Source: Monocercomonoides exilis PA203 (lineage: Eukaryota > Protista > Preaxostyla). Taken from it: 64,000 nucleotides of DNA. The notes under the pieces are model-generated. The model did not search any database, was not told where the DNA came from, and saw nothing but the letters and a program-made list of their open reading frames with translations. Below are positions 38,925 to 51,100 of the stretch, in pieces. How positions within the stretch are numbered: position 1 is the first letter of the stretch; the number at the start of each line of letters is the position of its first letter. The position numbers and the translations under genes are program-made. The stretch covers positions 1,736,001-1,800,000 of the forward strand of contig LSRY02000014.1 of the NCBI GenBank assembly GCA_001643675.2, read 5' to 3'.

Positions 38925-40010
38925 CTTCTTCTTCTTCTTCTTCTTCTTCTTCTTCTTCTTCTTCTTCTTCTTCTTCTTCTTCTTCTTCTTCTTCTTCTTC
39001 TTCTTCTTCATCTTTTTCTTTTTCTTCTTCATCTTTTTCTTTTTCTTCTTCTTCTTCTTCTTCTTCTTCATCTTTTTCTTCTTCTTCTTCTTCTTCTTCT
39101 TCTTCTTCTTCTTCTTCTTCTTCTTCTTCTTCATCTTTTTCTTCTTCTTCTTCTTCTTCTTCTTCTTCTTCTTCTTCTTCTTCTTCTTCTTCTTCTTCTT
39201 CTTCTTCTTCTTCTTTATCTTCTTCTTCTTCTTCTTTTTCTTCTTCTTCTTCTTCTTCTTCATCTTTTTCTTCTTCTTCTTCTTCTTCTTCTTCTTCTTC
39301 TTCTTCTTCTTCTTCTTCTTCTTCTTCTTCTTCTTCTTCTTCTTCTTCTTCTTCTTCTTCTTCTTCTTCTTCTTCTTCTTCATCTTTTTCTTCTTCTTCT
39401 TCTTCTTTCTTTCTTTTATTCATCTTTTTCTTTTCATTTTACATTTTACACTTCTATTAATACCTCAAACACATCATTATCTTCCACTGGTAACGAAATA
39501 AGTTCATTGAAACCTTCTCATTTGGAGAAATACAACAAACAGCTTCTATTATTCAGGAAGACATATTTTGCACATTTCACCTCCCTTCATTATCATCATC
39601 TTCTTCTTTTCATTCTTTGATGGAAATATTATTTGCCTTTTGACAGCCAAAAGCCAAAAATCCCTTTCTTACGCTCGAAGAAATACAATGTATCTCATTT
39701 TGAATGATCTTCTTGGTATTTCATTGTTTCCGAATCTGCCTCCTCTTCTCTTATGTTCAGTTGTTCTTTTATGTTTTCAAATTTTAATTTTATTTTATAA
39801 ATTTTTTATTTTTTTTGTAAAGAGAAATGTCTCTTTCCAGTTTGGGTGAAGGCTTCTTCTCCCCCGACTGCCTAGATTGCCTGAGGCAGTGCTTGTGTTT
39901 ATATATTGTTGTGGCTTCTCTCGTTTCATTCGCTCTGCCATTCTTTCGTATTGAACGAGGTGTTCTTGAAAAGGAAAGGTGAAACTTATCTTTCCTTTTT
40001 TCATATATAT
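37660..40010 (-). CDS. Multi-exon or partly decayed hypothetical gene (acidic segments); structure unresolved
   Basis: Several short minus-strand coding-like ORFs (39795-40004, 38443-38682, 38184-38366, 37663-37851) separated by GT..AG-bounded stretches. Confidence 0.35.
38896..39406. repeat. ~510-bp (TTC/GAA)n tract with recurrent AAAGAT interruptions
   Basis: Direct reading. It produces the poly-E, poly-K and poly-L ORFs in the track. Confidence 0.97.
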
Positions 40011-40626
40011 TTTTATTTCGAGCGTTTCACTGCTGAAACAAAAAAGAGTGAACTTTCATTTTTCCAAATTAAACAAATCCACTTCAAAAAACTTGTGTAA
40101 AAAAGATGATGCAAATTCCAGTGATTCTTTTTTTGAAATATGAATAATCCTTATTGGAGAAGATATCGTTGAAATGATGATCTTCTTTGTGAAGTTCATA
40201 TAAAGTGAAACAAAACAGTTTTTTATTCAAAAAAATAAATATCAAAAAACATGGAAATATCTCTATAAAACTTTTGAATAGTCAGCAGCACCAAAATATT
40301 TGTGAGAGTTTTTTTATTAAAAATCCAAAAATATTCATTATTGTTGATTCTCAAGTTATGAAAAACATTGAAATGATTGATTTCTTGTTCATGAGAGATT
40401 TTATGAAATCATTTGAGCGAGACTTTTGGTTAATTGACATGTTATCGAACACGACAAAATGACGATTTTAGAAGTTATCTCATTCGTAATGCAGCTTTAT
40501 TGTCTATTTTTGTGAATTAAATAGTGCCGGAAAATATCTGAAAATGAATTTATATTTTTCTTAAAAAAATATGAATATATGTGATATTATTATTTTCAAA
40601 AAAGTCAAAAAATAAAAAAACATAAT

Positions 40627-41690
40627 TTATTCATCATCCGTCCATTCCGATGTGTTAGCTCCATCAGTAACACTAAGGCTGCTTCTCTTATCATCGGATT
40701 CCTTTAATGAAAATTCAATATTTACATTATCATTCATATTTGGAATGGATTCATCTTTGTTTCCAGTTTCCTCTTCTTCTTCCATTTCTTTTTTTTTCCA
40801 ATAAATTATTACACATATCACTTCTTCAAACGGAATTAAGAGTGTGTTTTTTGCAATCAAAAAAGCCAAATAATCTCTCAGATATCTCTCTTTAACTCTA
40901 TGTTTGTGGAAAAGCCCTCTAAAATGCATCCACATTCCTTCAATGGTATTTGTATAAGCACCAGCAAGAGAATCCACATAATGTCTTTTATGACAAACTG
41001 TCTTATGAATGTTGTAACTTGTCCCCAAAGAAGAATATGCCTTCCACTCTTCATTCATTATTGTTGTCCCCTGAAGAATGTGAGATTTGATGAGAGGAAC
41101 AAGAGTGTTAGCAGAACGATCAGATGAAACAAAAATCAATCGCTTTTTTATTTTGTGAGGTGTCATCCGTTCTTTCAATTGAGCAGAAGATCCATATTTG
41201 TTTTTTTCTTCTCCCTCTTTAATATTTTCTTTTTCTCCACACGCATTTATCTTTCTCCACTATCTTTCATTCCCCACATATCACCATTGGATTCTTGTAT
41301 ATTAGATCCACACAGGCACATCTTAATACACTTCTTCAATAGCCCACAACCGCATAATGAACTCCTGCCATTAGACGAATACACTTTGCTGAAACTCCGA
41401 TCCACAACAGTTATATGATCAATAAAAATTATCCTATTCCGATCTTCGATTATGTTAATGTTGTCTCTTTGAACACTGATCTTTTTGCTCCAAACTTTCA
41501 GCAGGTTCAATAGTGTAAATTCTCTCCATCATTTTCCATTTTAAACTCTTTTCTGTGAATTCTGTTCTTCGGATGCTTTTCTCTCAGAACTTTTTTGAAA
41601 AACCAATCCCAAGCTCGATCTTTGTCTAAAAACGTGGTTTTCTTGTAAAAAGCCGAATATTTTTTTTCTCAGGAGCTGCAATTTCTCGAA
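40627..41690 (-). mobile_element. Merlin / IS1595 (ISXO2-like) DDE transposase pseudogene, copy 1
   Basis: DRSANTLVPLIKSHILQGTTIMNEEWKAYSSL..HKTVCHKRHYVD..GAYTNTIEGMW is the IS1595/Merlin core. The 5' half is broken by stops and frameshifts and is colinear with copy 2. Confidence 0.88.
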
Positions 41691-41919
41691 AATGTTTTTT
41701 GTTAAAACCCATTTTCATTAAATTCATCCATTTTTTGATTTTTCCTCCGATGAATAAAACTCGTTTCAGCACTTCACAATATCAAAATAATATCCTTAAA
41801 AATGATAATAAATCATGTGGAATTAAAAAAAATCTTGTTTTTAGCATGTCAGGTTCAATGATATTATGCAGACTTTTTACATTTGCATTTCTTCGAAAAG
41901 ATTAAAAATAAACAAGATG

Positions 41920-42142
41920 GACAGATGATCAGCGTGAAAGACGAGTTGAACAAAGATATGCTGGGAAATTTGATGAAAAGAGTCGATATCAAGAAAAACG
42001 AAAATATTATTGAAAAGAAGGAAATAGAATCAGAAAACTCGATTTTGTTAACGTAGCGTTGAAGCTTTTGATAAGTGTTGAATGGAGCAGGAAATGCAGG
42101 TTGGAATTCTTTGTTGTGGGAAAAACGAAAATATGCAACAAT

Positions 42143-42175
<33 letters not shown>

Positions 42176-43140
42176 AAAGAAAAGGATGAAAGGCTAATGA
42201 TTAACATGACAGAATGTCATCTGTTGTTGGCTGAGTTTGAAAAAAAATAAATTTTCAATTGGAGATGTTTGCATAATCAACAAATAATTGTGCTGAAGAA
42301 AGAAGAAATCAAAGAGATGCAAAAAGAAGTGGAAATGACTTTTTTGGACGAAAGTCGTGTCTATAGTTCTCAGTCTGTATTTATTCTGATTGTTTTTGTC
42401 ATTTGCTGGAAATAGAAAAAGAAGTGTTTTTTGACGAGGTGTTTGAAACAATTTGGGATCATAAGAATATCGAAATATTACACGACTTTCATATCATTCA
42501 TGTTTTGGATTTTCACGAGCAGAATTTGCTTTGAAAGAATGGAGGAGAGTGAGATTGTGAAAGAGCAACATTTTTGGAGAGAAGCAATAGGAGAAAAAGA
42601 AGAGTTGGAAAAGCATATGTGTAGAGAGAAAGCCAAGCATACGTGAAGGAAGCAAAGGCTCAAGTGTCATCAGGAGGTGATGCTTCACGATTTGGCGATT
42701 GTTCAAATAGTTTGATGAATTTGTGCTGATGAGAAACAGGAGTTGGTTCGAGGAATGAAGAGACTGGATTTTGTTGTGACAACCGTCTGCATTCTGTTGT
42801 AACACACTATCCTCAGAGTTGTTGATGGAGCAACAGAATGAGAAATTCTACGCACGGTGTGTTTGATGCAAATTGGAGCATTTGATATTGTTTTGCAGGT
42901 AATAAGTGGAGCAGCACTGGGCCAAAATTTCGCAGTGGTGTGCATGCAGATTATGACTTTGTTATTTCAGAGGCTTGCAAAAACGATGGACAAGGAATTT
43001 CATATGGTGGAGTGGGCTGCGTTGAAAAGAGAACGATTAAAAATGATTGAGGAAGAAGAATGCGAAGATGTCATGCTGTGATTCCACCAATCACTGAAAC
43101 ATCCGACTAAAACGAACTCCAAATTGGAAAAGTCCACTTT
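41920..43140 (+). pseudogene. Heavily decayed copy E of the helical multigene family
   Basis: Remnant motifs DERLMINMTECHLL, KKEEIKEMQKEVEM, IGAFDIVLQ and LKMIEEEECED occur in family order, with many stops and a poly-A expansion. Confidence 0.7.
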
Positions 43141-45181
43141 CTTCACCAATTATTTTGGCACTCACAAGAAATCATCAACTTTTTCGCTTCATGCTTATTT
43201 GAGAATTATCTTTGCCAAATCAACAGACAACAAAGAAAAAAACAGAAATATTTTTTTTTGAGAGATTTTCTGTTTCAGCTCTGAAGAACTGAACAAATGG
43301 GGAAAAAGATATATTTGTTCAGAATACATTAAAAGAAAAGCCAACATCAAACACTGTTGTTGATAACCGAACACAAAGAAAAAGAAAAGAGAAGACAATT
43401 TAAACAAAAAAATATTGCTCTTGGAGAGATATTTGGATTCAGATGAAGGACTATTCTCAGCATTTCTATTGTATCATTGCCACCAAAAAAGAGATATCAT
43501 GAGTCAGCTTTGGTTCAAGTTAATGTTTAACTAAAAAGACCATGATGAGTCCATCCATGAATAAAACTTTCCCTCTCCCTTGAATTTATGGCTCGATGTG
43601 AAGATGAGATGAAATCCCTCAGATATTGTTTCTTTCTCATTCGATAAAAAGAAACAAACATTTTCTTTTGAAGTTTCTCCTCAACAAAAAGAAGATAAAA
43701 TGGAAATATTCCATCAAATAAAAAACAGTTTGAAAACTCTTTGAAGCGAAAAACAGAAGAAAATATATGAAAAAGAAAAGGAAATGAAGGAAAAAGTTGA
43801 AGTCGATACATAACAGTTATTTGTGTTTGGGGCAAAAAGAAGAAAACCGAAATGGAAAAATAAGTTTATATATTTTGTTCTCAAACATTTAAAAAAATTA
43901 CGATAGTTTCATCAGCTCATTGTTTGAGCTATCTTTGCAATTTCCATGTTGAGATGATCCTGTTTGAGTTTTAAATATTTCAAAATGTTTGAAAAAAATA
44001 TTTATGGAACATTGAATATTCCATTGTGGAACACAAGATATTCAACAGAACAAGAACAAAAAATATAATTTATTATCATTATCTAAAAAATTTCGAAATT
44101 TAAATTTTCCAATGAAAATAACACATCATAAAATTTATTATAATTTTTAAATAATTTCTCTCTTTATTTTTTATTCATTATCGTGTTTATGCATTTCTTT
44201 TTGTTTTCATTGGAGATTTGAGAATGCAAGGATGGGTCATGATCTTTTTATTTCACGAATAAAACGATAGAGAGCAGGGTAACAACAAAGAAAAATGCCA
44301 CAAATGATTGAAGAATAATTATACTATATTGTTTACGTGCTCCTAAAAGTTATATAATCTGAATGATTTGTCGGAATGATTATCAATTGTTTTTGATGCC
44401 AACGAATTTTGGAAATAAGATTTGAGCAGTCTATCAACCATATGCATCTATTCTGAGAGTTTTATCAGGAGGATGACTGAAACGACATTTAAACTCTTTG
44501 TGGCAGGGCAATCTGAAGCAAGACTTTTTCAATAATTCTGCGATTTCTCGGATTCAAGCAACATTCAGCAACCGAAATGGAATAGAACCTTCATAATATT
44601 GTATTTTCTCAAAATATTGCTTTCTGCTATTTTTTTGATGGGCAGAGGGATTGGCAACAACGAATGAATCATTTGTGAATTTATGATGCCAGCTCAGCAA
44701 AATATGAAGTTGGAAATGACATTTGGCTCGACAGAGAACATGGCCATTGGAACATGGATTTTGGGGGAATTAACAAGGAAAAATGATTGAGAGCATTTGC
44801 AAAAAGAAGATTTCTTTCAAATGGAAAACAGCAAAACTCGTCATTGATCTGAAAGAAAGAAGAAAATTTCGCAGTCGATGGGGGAATGCTGTTGATATTC
44901 TGTGGAAATGATAATATTTCTTCGAAAATGACAAAGTCTCATCTGAAATGTTTGGAATCATATTTTGTATTTTTTTTTGAATTTTTTGAGTGAAAAATCA
45001 ATTTGTATGCTTGACATTTATTATTTTTGCGCATGGAATTATTTGAGGCTATTTTGAGAATTTGAAGAAAAAAATTGTATATCATGATGATGAAATGAAG
45101 AATAATATGGGCTATGTTGTTTTTTTGATTTTTCACTACACGTTCTTATCTGGCACAAGGAGCGAGTTACACAGCAACAGA

Positions 45182-48100
45182 ATGATGAACTTTGTGTTTT
45201 TTATCACTGCGTGCGTCTTTGCTATTGATGAGGCAAAAGAAGCATCAGCAAAGGAGATGTGCGAATTGGATGCAAAAGTTGTGTTCCGGCTGTCAGGGAA
45301 CATGAATGATAATTATGAACCAGAAAATAATCAGAATAGCAAGATATTATCGACATTTGTTGCTGTGAACAGCTCAGTGAGCGCAGCGAGTGTGCTGCAG
45401 ATTCAGCAGGAAGGAAAAGCTTGCTTTTTTGTTTGTGAAGGGTCAAGACTGGATATCAAAGGATGCATGATTTTTATTTCATCACAAATGAGCCCATTTG
45501 CGGTGGATGGAGGAAGCATGCATTCAGTGAATCTGACGATTGGAACTTTGAAGCCATTTGCACCAATTCCGCGACTTTTTTGCTCATCTTTCAAAAATTC
45601 TGAGAGAGATGGAACAGACTCGATAACTCTTCGAGACTCGTCGTTTTCATCATTTGAATTGGCATCTGCTCCATTTCTTGCACCGGATGCGAGCTGCTTT
45701 GTGAAAGCCTCTGGTTTGAAGATGACAAATATTTCTATTGCATCAGGAGCGCAAAGGGAAATGGATTCGAGAGCAAGAACAGAAACAACGATTGAAGGCT
45801 GCTCGTTTTTCAGAGTTTGGGATGCTGTTGATGGGGGTATTTTGATGTCAGTGAACAGCCCATGTGCCTCGCTGAGAGCAACAAACACCTTATTTGAGTG
45901 TTGCTTTCGAACGATGAATGTTGATGAATCAGGAGGACGCAACATGACAAGGTGTGAACTGGGAGCCAATGAAACACATTCTTTCACGGATTGCGAATGG
46001 TATCAAACGGGACATGTTGTATCTGGAAGTGCTATTTATTTGAATGGAAATTCGACTCTTGAATGTGAAAGATGCTCATTCAAGAACATGAGTCAAGTTG
46101 GCGATGGAACAGTTGATGTTCAATCAGCAGCAGGTGTGAAAATGTTAGGCTGTAATTTCACAAATTGCTTGGCAGAAACAAATACAGGTGGAATGATAAT
46201 TTATGAGCAAAGAGGAGACTATTTTTTTTCTGAATGTATCTTTTTTGAATGCAAGGCTAGAGTTAACTATGCAGGAGGATTACGCATACACCAATCTTCT
46301 GGAAATGAGGATGAAACAATTGAGAAATGCAAATTTATTCGCAATGTCGCAGGATCATTTGGTGGAGGATTATATATGGAAAGACAGTCGAATTCATATA
46401 TAATTTCTGAATGTGAATTTGAAGGAAATTTAGCAAATGGAACAGGAACAGAAATACTAGAAGGTGGAGGCGGAGGAATACGTTTAAATTCAGCAAGTTG
46501 GATGAAAACTGAACCACCTCCAAAATTGATATCATTTTGCTTATTCAGTGGAAACAAGGCAAAAAATGAAGAAGGCCATGATGTTAAAATCAAAAATTAT
46601 TTTTTGAAAGGTTCACCATTTGAGTCATCGTTCTCAACAACCCCCTCAAAGAGAGTATTTTACAACGACAGCCAAACAGATTTTGATTCATGGCTTTTTA
46701 CAATCAAAACAACATTTGCCAGAGCAGATGGGATTACAGGGCCTGTGTGTGGGACAACACAGACCAATCCATGCAACACGATTAAACAGGCATTCAACAT
46801 GATTGAGAAAGGAGCAGAAGGAACAGTGAATATTCTTCAATCGACCTTTTCTTCAACGGCTCTATTCATTGGAGGGGGAGATATTACATTCAAAGGAGAA
46901 AGCGAGAGCGAGTGTATCATTTCCACAAAATTGCTGAATTCTCATGAGTGTTTGTTCACATTGCATTCGGGATCGATGGGATTGTCTTTGGTGACAATTC
47001 GACACAACAGCGCAGAATCATCATCTTCCTTGTTTGAGATGAGAACAGGAGCACAGAAACTGACACTGAAGAATGTGATCATATCAGGGGCAGAAGATGG
47101 GCAGAGTCACACATTTGATGTTTCACCATTCAAAGTGATATTTGAGAAAATGAAGATGGAAAACTGTTTGATTGAGGATATTGGACTGGGAGATTGCTCA
47201 TTGTTTGAGGAAGAGGAGGAAAGTGGAGTTGGGAGAGGGATGCTGGGAAATGTGACGATCCAAAGGATCAGCCGAATGAGAGGAGATGGGGTGATATTCA
47301 GCACTGAAAGTGAGAGAAGCGATTCATGGGAGCTGGAGAATAACACATTCAGAAACTGTATGAACAAGGAAGGGAATGGAGGAAGCATTGCTTGGAGTGT
47401 TGGTCAAAGTGGGATATTCAAGATTGGCAGAGGAGAGGTGACAACGGTGATTGGGGAGTGTGGGGCAGAGAATGGAAGAGGAGATGAGAAGGGAAGAGGA
47501 GGAGGGGTGTATTTGGAGTTGTCTTCTCCTTCAGTTGTGTTTGAGATTGTGAATGTGGGATTTGAAAATAATTATGCAGAACATGGTGTGAATGTGTTTA
47601 TTGCTTCGAATCAGCTGGAATTGGTTCCGAAAGGGAGATATGGATTTATTTCGCTTTTGAGCGAGGATGTGCATGAAGTGGAGGGAATGGGAGACACGAA
47701 CAATGCAACACTGGTGATTCCGATTGTGTGCTATCTCCTGGATGTTCCGAGGAGTGAGATCTATGTTTCAGCTTCAGGAGCTGATCATCCTCGGTGTGGG
47801 CACACATTTTTCGAGTGCCGAACACTGAGCTGTCCGATCGAAAGGGAAGAGAGCACACCAGGAGATGGAACAACAACAGCGACAATCAAAGTTGGAAATG
47901 GAGTTGAGGTTGGCTCGACAGTGATCTTTTCGAAATTGACAAGAGTGATTGAAGGAACAGGGGATGATGGATCGCTTGTTGTTGGAGGTGAGGCAAGTTG
48001 CAAAGGAGATGAGGAAGGATGCATTGGAGTGTTTGTGGTGCTGAAGGAGACAAGGATGAGGAAGATTGAGCTGGTGATTCCATCTGTTCTTGAACGTCAT

Positions 48101-51100
48101 GAAGCGATATTCCAGTTGAAAGGCGAAACACTGAACTTGAGTGAATGTGTTGTTGGATTTGGAGTTGGAACTGGAGTGAATTTTGTGGAATACAGTTTGA
48201 TTGTTGTGGAAAAGGGAGAGGCGAATGTGACCTCACTGAGATTGGATTCAATGAGGTTTGGAAAGCCTGTGATAAAAGCGAATGGGGGATTGTCATCTGT
48301 CTCGTTGAAGAATGTGGAGCTGAATGATATGAACTTTGAAGGAGAAAAGGGATTTGCTGTTTGTGAGGGAGGAAGCACACTCACAGCAGAAAGTGTGATT
48401 TCCAGTGATTGTGAAATGGGAGGAAGCAGCTTGATTTGGGCAGGGAGCAATTGTATTGCGAGGATGAGGGAATGTTCGTGGAGTTCATGTAATTTTGTTG
48501 ATTCAGGGATAATAAAAGGAGTTGAGGCAAAGGAGATATCCATTTGGGGATGCAATGGGAGCAATGTTCGAGTGAGTGAAGGAGACGGAGGGATGACGAA
48601 CGGAGTGGCTGCAGAAGGAGGCTTCGTGGATGTGTGGAACACGAGTATTGAAGGATGTGTGGTAGAAAAAGGGAATGGAGGAGGGATGAGAGTGGAATTG
48701 AAAGGGGATGCACAACTGAAGATCAGGAGCGAAACAGAAGTGACACTGATGAAAAAATGTTCGGCTGGACTGGAAGGGACAACGAATGGAGGAGGGTGTG
48801 GAGGAGGGTTGTGGGTGGGGATTGAAGGAGAGAGATATGAGTTTGATCTCAGTGGAATGAGGTTTGAAGAGAACAGAGCAAGGAGTGGGATGGATGTGTT
48901 TGTTGTGTGTGATGATTTGAGGAGGGTTGTGAATGGAAGCAGTTTCTCGTTCAGTGGAGAGATAATTGAGAGAGAGAATTCGCTGAGTGGGATAGATAGA
49001 CAGAAGTTTGTGAGTGAGGTTGATCTGTTCATATTCATTGATGGATTCAGCTCATCTGTGATTGAGGTGGAGAGTGAGACTGGAGACAATGGAATGTGGT
49101 GTGGGATGGAGAAATGCCCGTGCAGGAGTGTGGATTATGGAATTGGGAGGCTTGGTGGAGAGGGAGAAAAGAAAATAGTGATAAGTGGGAGCACGAGTGT
49201 TGAGAAGGTGGGAGATGTGAGTGGAGTTCGGATTGAAGGGAAAGGCAACACGAGAATGAAGGTGGTTGTGGAGAAAGGAATTGAAGGAGGAGGGGAAAGT
49301 GTTCTTGATTCGAAAGGAGTGAGTGCATTTGTGAATGTGGGATTTGAATTGCCTGGATTATTTGAACAGAGGAAGGATGTAGTGATAAGCTCATCAACAG
49401 GAAGTGGTGTTTTGGAGATGGAATTGTGTTCGCTTGTGATGCAGGAAGGGGAAGAAGAGGCGATAGAATATCGAATCATCAGGAGCAGTGGACAAGCTGT
49501 GAGGATGAAGTGGATATCAATAAATAACATCAGGACAAGAAAGTATTTGATGGATCTTGCTCTTCTTGGGATGGAACAGAATGGAGGAGAGAATGAAGTT
49601 GTGAGCATCAGCAACTGCTCGTTTGAGAGCCTGTCGGTTGTTGGCGCAGATGATTCAGCTGTGATATGTGGAGAGGTGAGGAGAGTGATGAAGATAGAAC
49701 AGAGCAACATGAGTGACGTCACAGGAGGAGAGAGCATGAATGGTGGGGCAGTGAGGGTGAATATCCTTGATTCAGGGATGATTCATGTGAAAGAGGGGAT
49801 GATGGAGAGATGTGCAGCAGAGAAAGTGAGTGGTGGGAAAGGAGGATGGCTGTATGTGAATTGCAGTGAAAGGAGGGGAGGAATGCCATTCAAGTTTGAG
49901 GGTGTGAAGTTTGCTGAGAATGAGGCATTTGTGGGGAAGAACATGTTCATTTTGGATTCAGATCTGAATGCGACAGTGAGGAGTGAGACATTTGCGATTG
50001 ATGTTGAAGAGATGGAAGATGATCCGAATGAGTTTGTTGGAAGCGATGAGAAGCGGATGAGCACAGATCTATTGAGATTTGTGATTGAATACAGGAGCGA
50101 GAGGATTGTGGTGTGGGAAAAGGGAGATGATGTTGTTCGATGTGGGAGTGAAGAGGATCCGTGTGAGACATTGGAAATGGGATTGAAGCACATTGAGAGA
50201 GAAGGAGAGAGAAAAGTGGTGGGAGTGAAGGAAAAGATAAGAGTGGAAGGGGAACATGATTTGAGTGGGATTGATGTGGAATCAGTGGGAGCAGGATATG
50301 ATGAGATAGAATATGGAACAGTTGTGATGGGGAGTGAAGGAGAAAGTGGAGCAAAAGTGTGTCTTCGCAACAGTGGAGCATTCATTCTGAGAACACTGGA
50401 GATGTGTGTGATGAATGTTTTAGGAAGTGTGGAAGCAGGGATGATTGTGAGTGAGGGAGGGAAAATTGAATGGGAAGACTGTTCAGTCACATGGAAGGGA
50501 AAGAGAGAAGGGATGGGGAATGTTGCATTTTGTGTTGTGAAGAAAGGGGAGCTGGAGATGAAGAGGTTCAAAGTGCTTTCGTATTTTGGGAAGAGAAATG
50601 TGTTTGTGGTTGGTGGAGAAGTTGTGAGTGTGATTGACGAATTCACAGTGATTGAAGCCACATTGGAGAAGGGGAGTTTGTTTGAAATTGAAGGAGAGGG
50701 AGCAAATGGAGGAGGTGAGATGAGGATGAAGAATTGCAGTATTGGATCAGTGGAAGGAGAAGGAGCTGATCCAAGTGTTGTTTCGAGCAAGAGTGGGAGT
50801 GGAGTGAAGCTTGTGGTGGAAGATTCGCTGATTGAAGGGTGCAGTTGTGGGAGAAGCACAAAGGGAGGGGCGATGCTGTTTGAGTTGAATGAAGGAGGAT
50901 GGTTCGATGTTGTGAACACGAGTGTGAAGCAGTGTGGATGCTCTGTGAGCGAAGGGAAAGGAGGCGGGGTGTATCTGAAGACTGAATTGAGGGGTGAGTT
51001 GGATTATGTGTTTGATGGGGTGATATTCCGAAGGAACACAGCATTCATCGGGAATGATGTGTTCATTGTGTGTGACTGCATCGAGAGGCAAATCAACGAA

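Noticed and set aside
38772-39620. Poly-Leu, poly-Lys and poly-Glu ORFs
   Set aside because: These are products of the GAA/TTC microsatellite, which lacks stop codons in most frames.
45062-45181. ORF-track start at 45062 (and GTG at 3166)
   Set aside because: These are non-ATG starts. ATG at 45182 (and 3178) directly precedes a signal-peptide-like segment.
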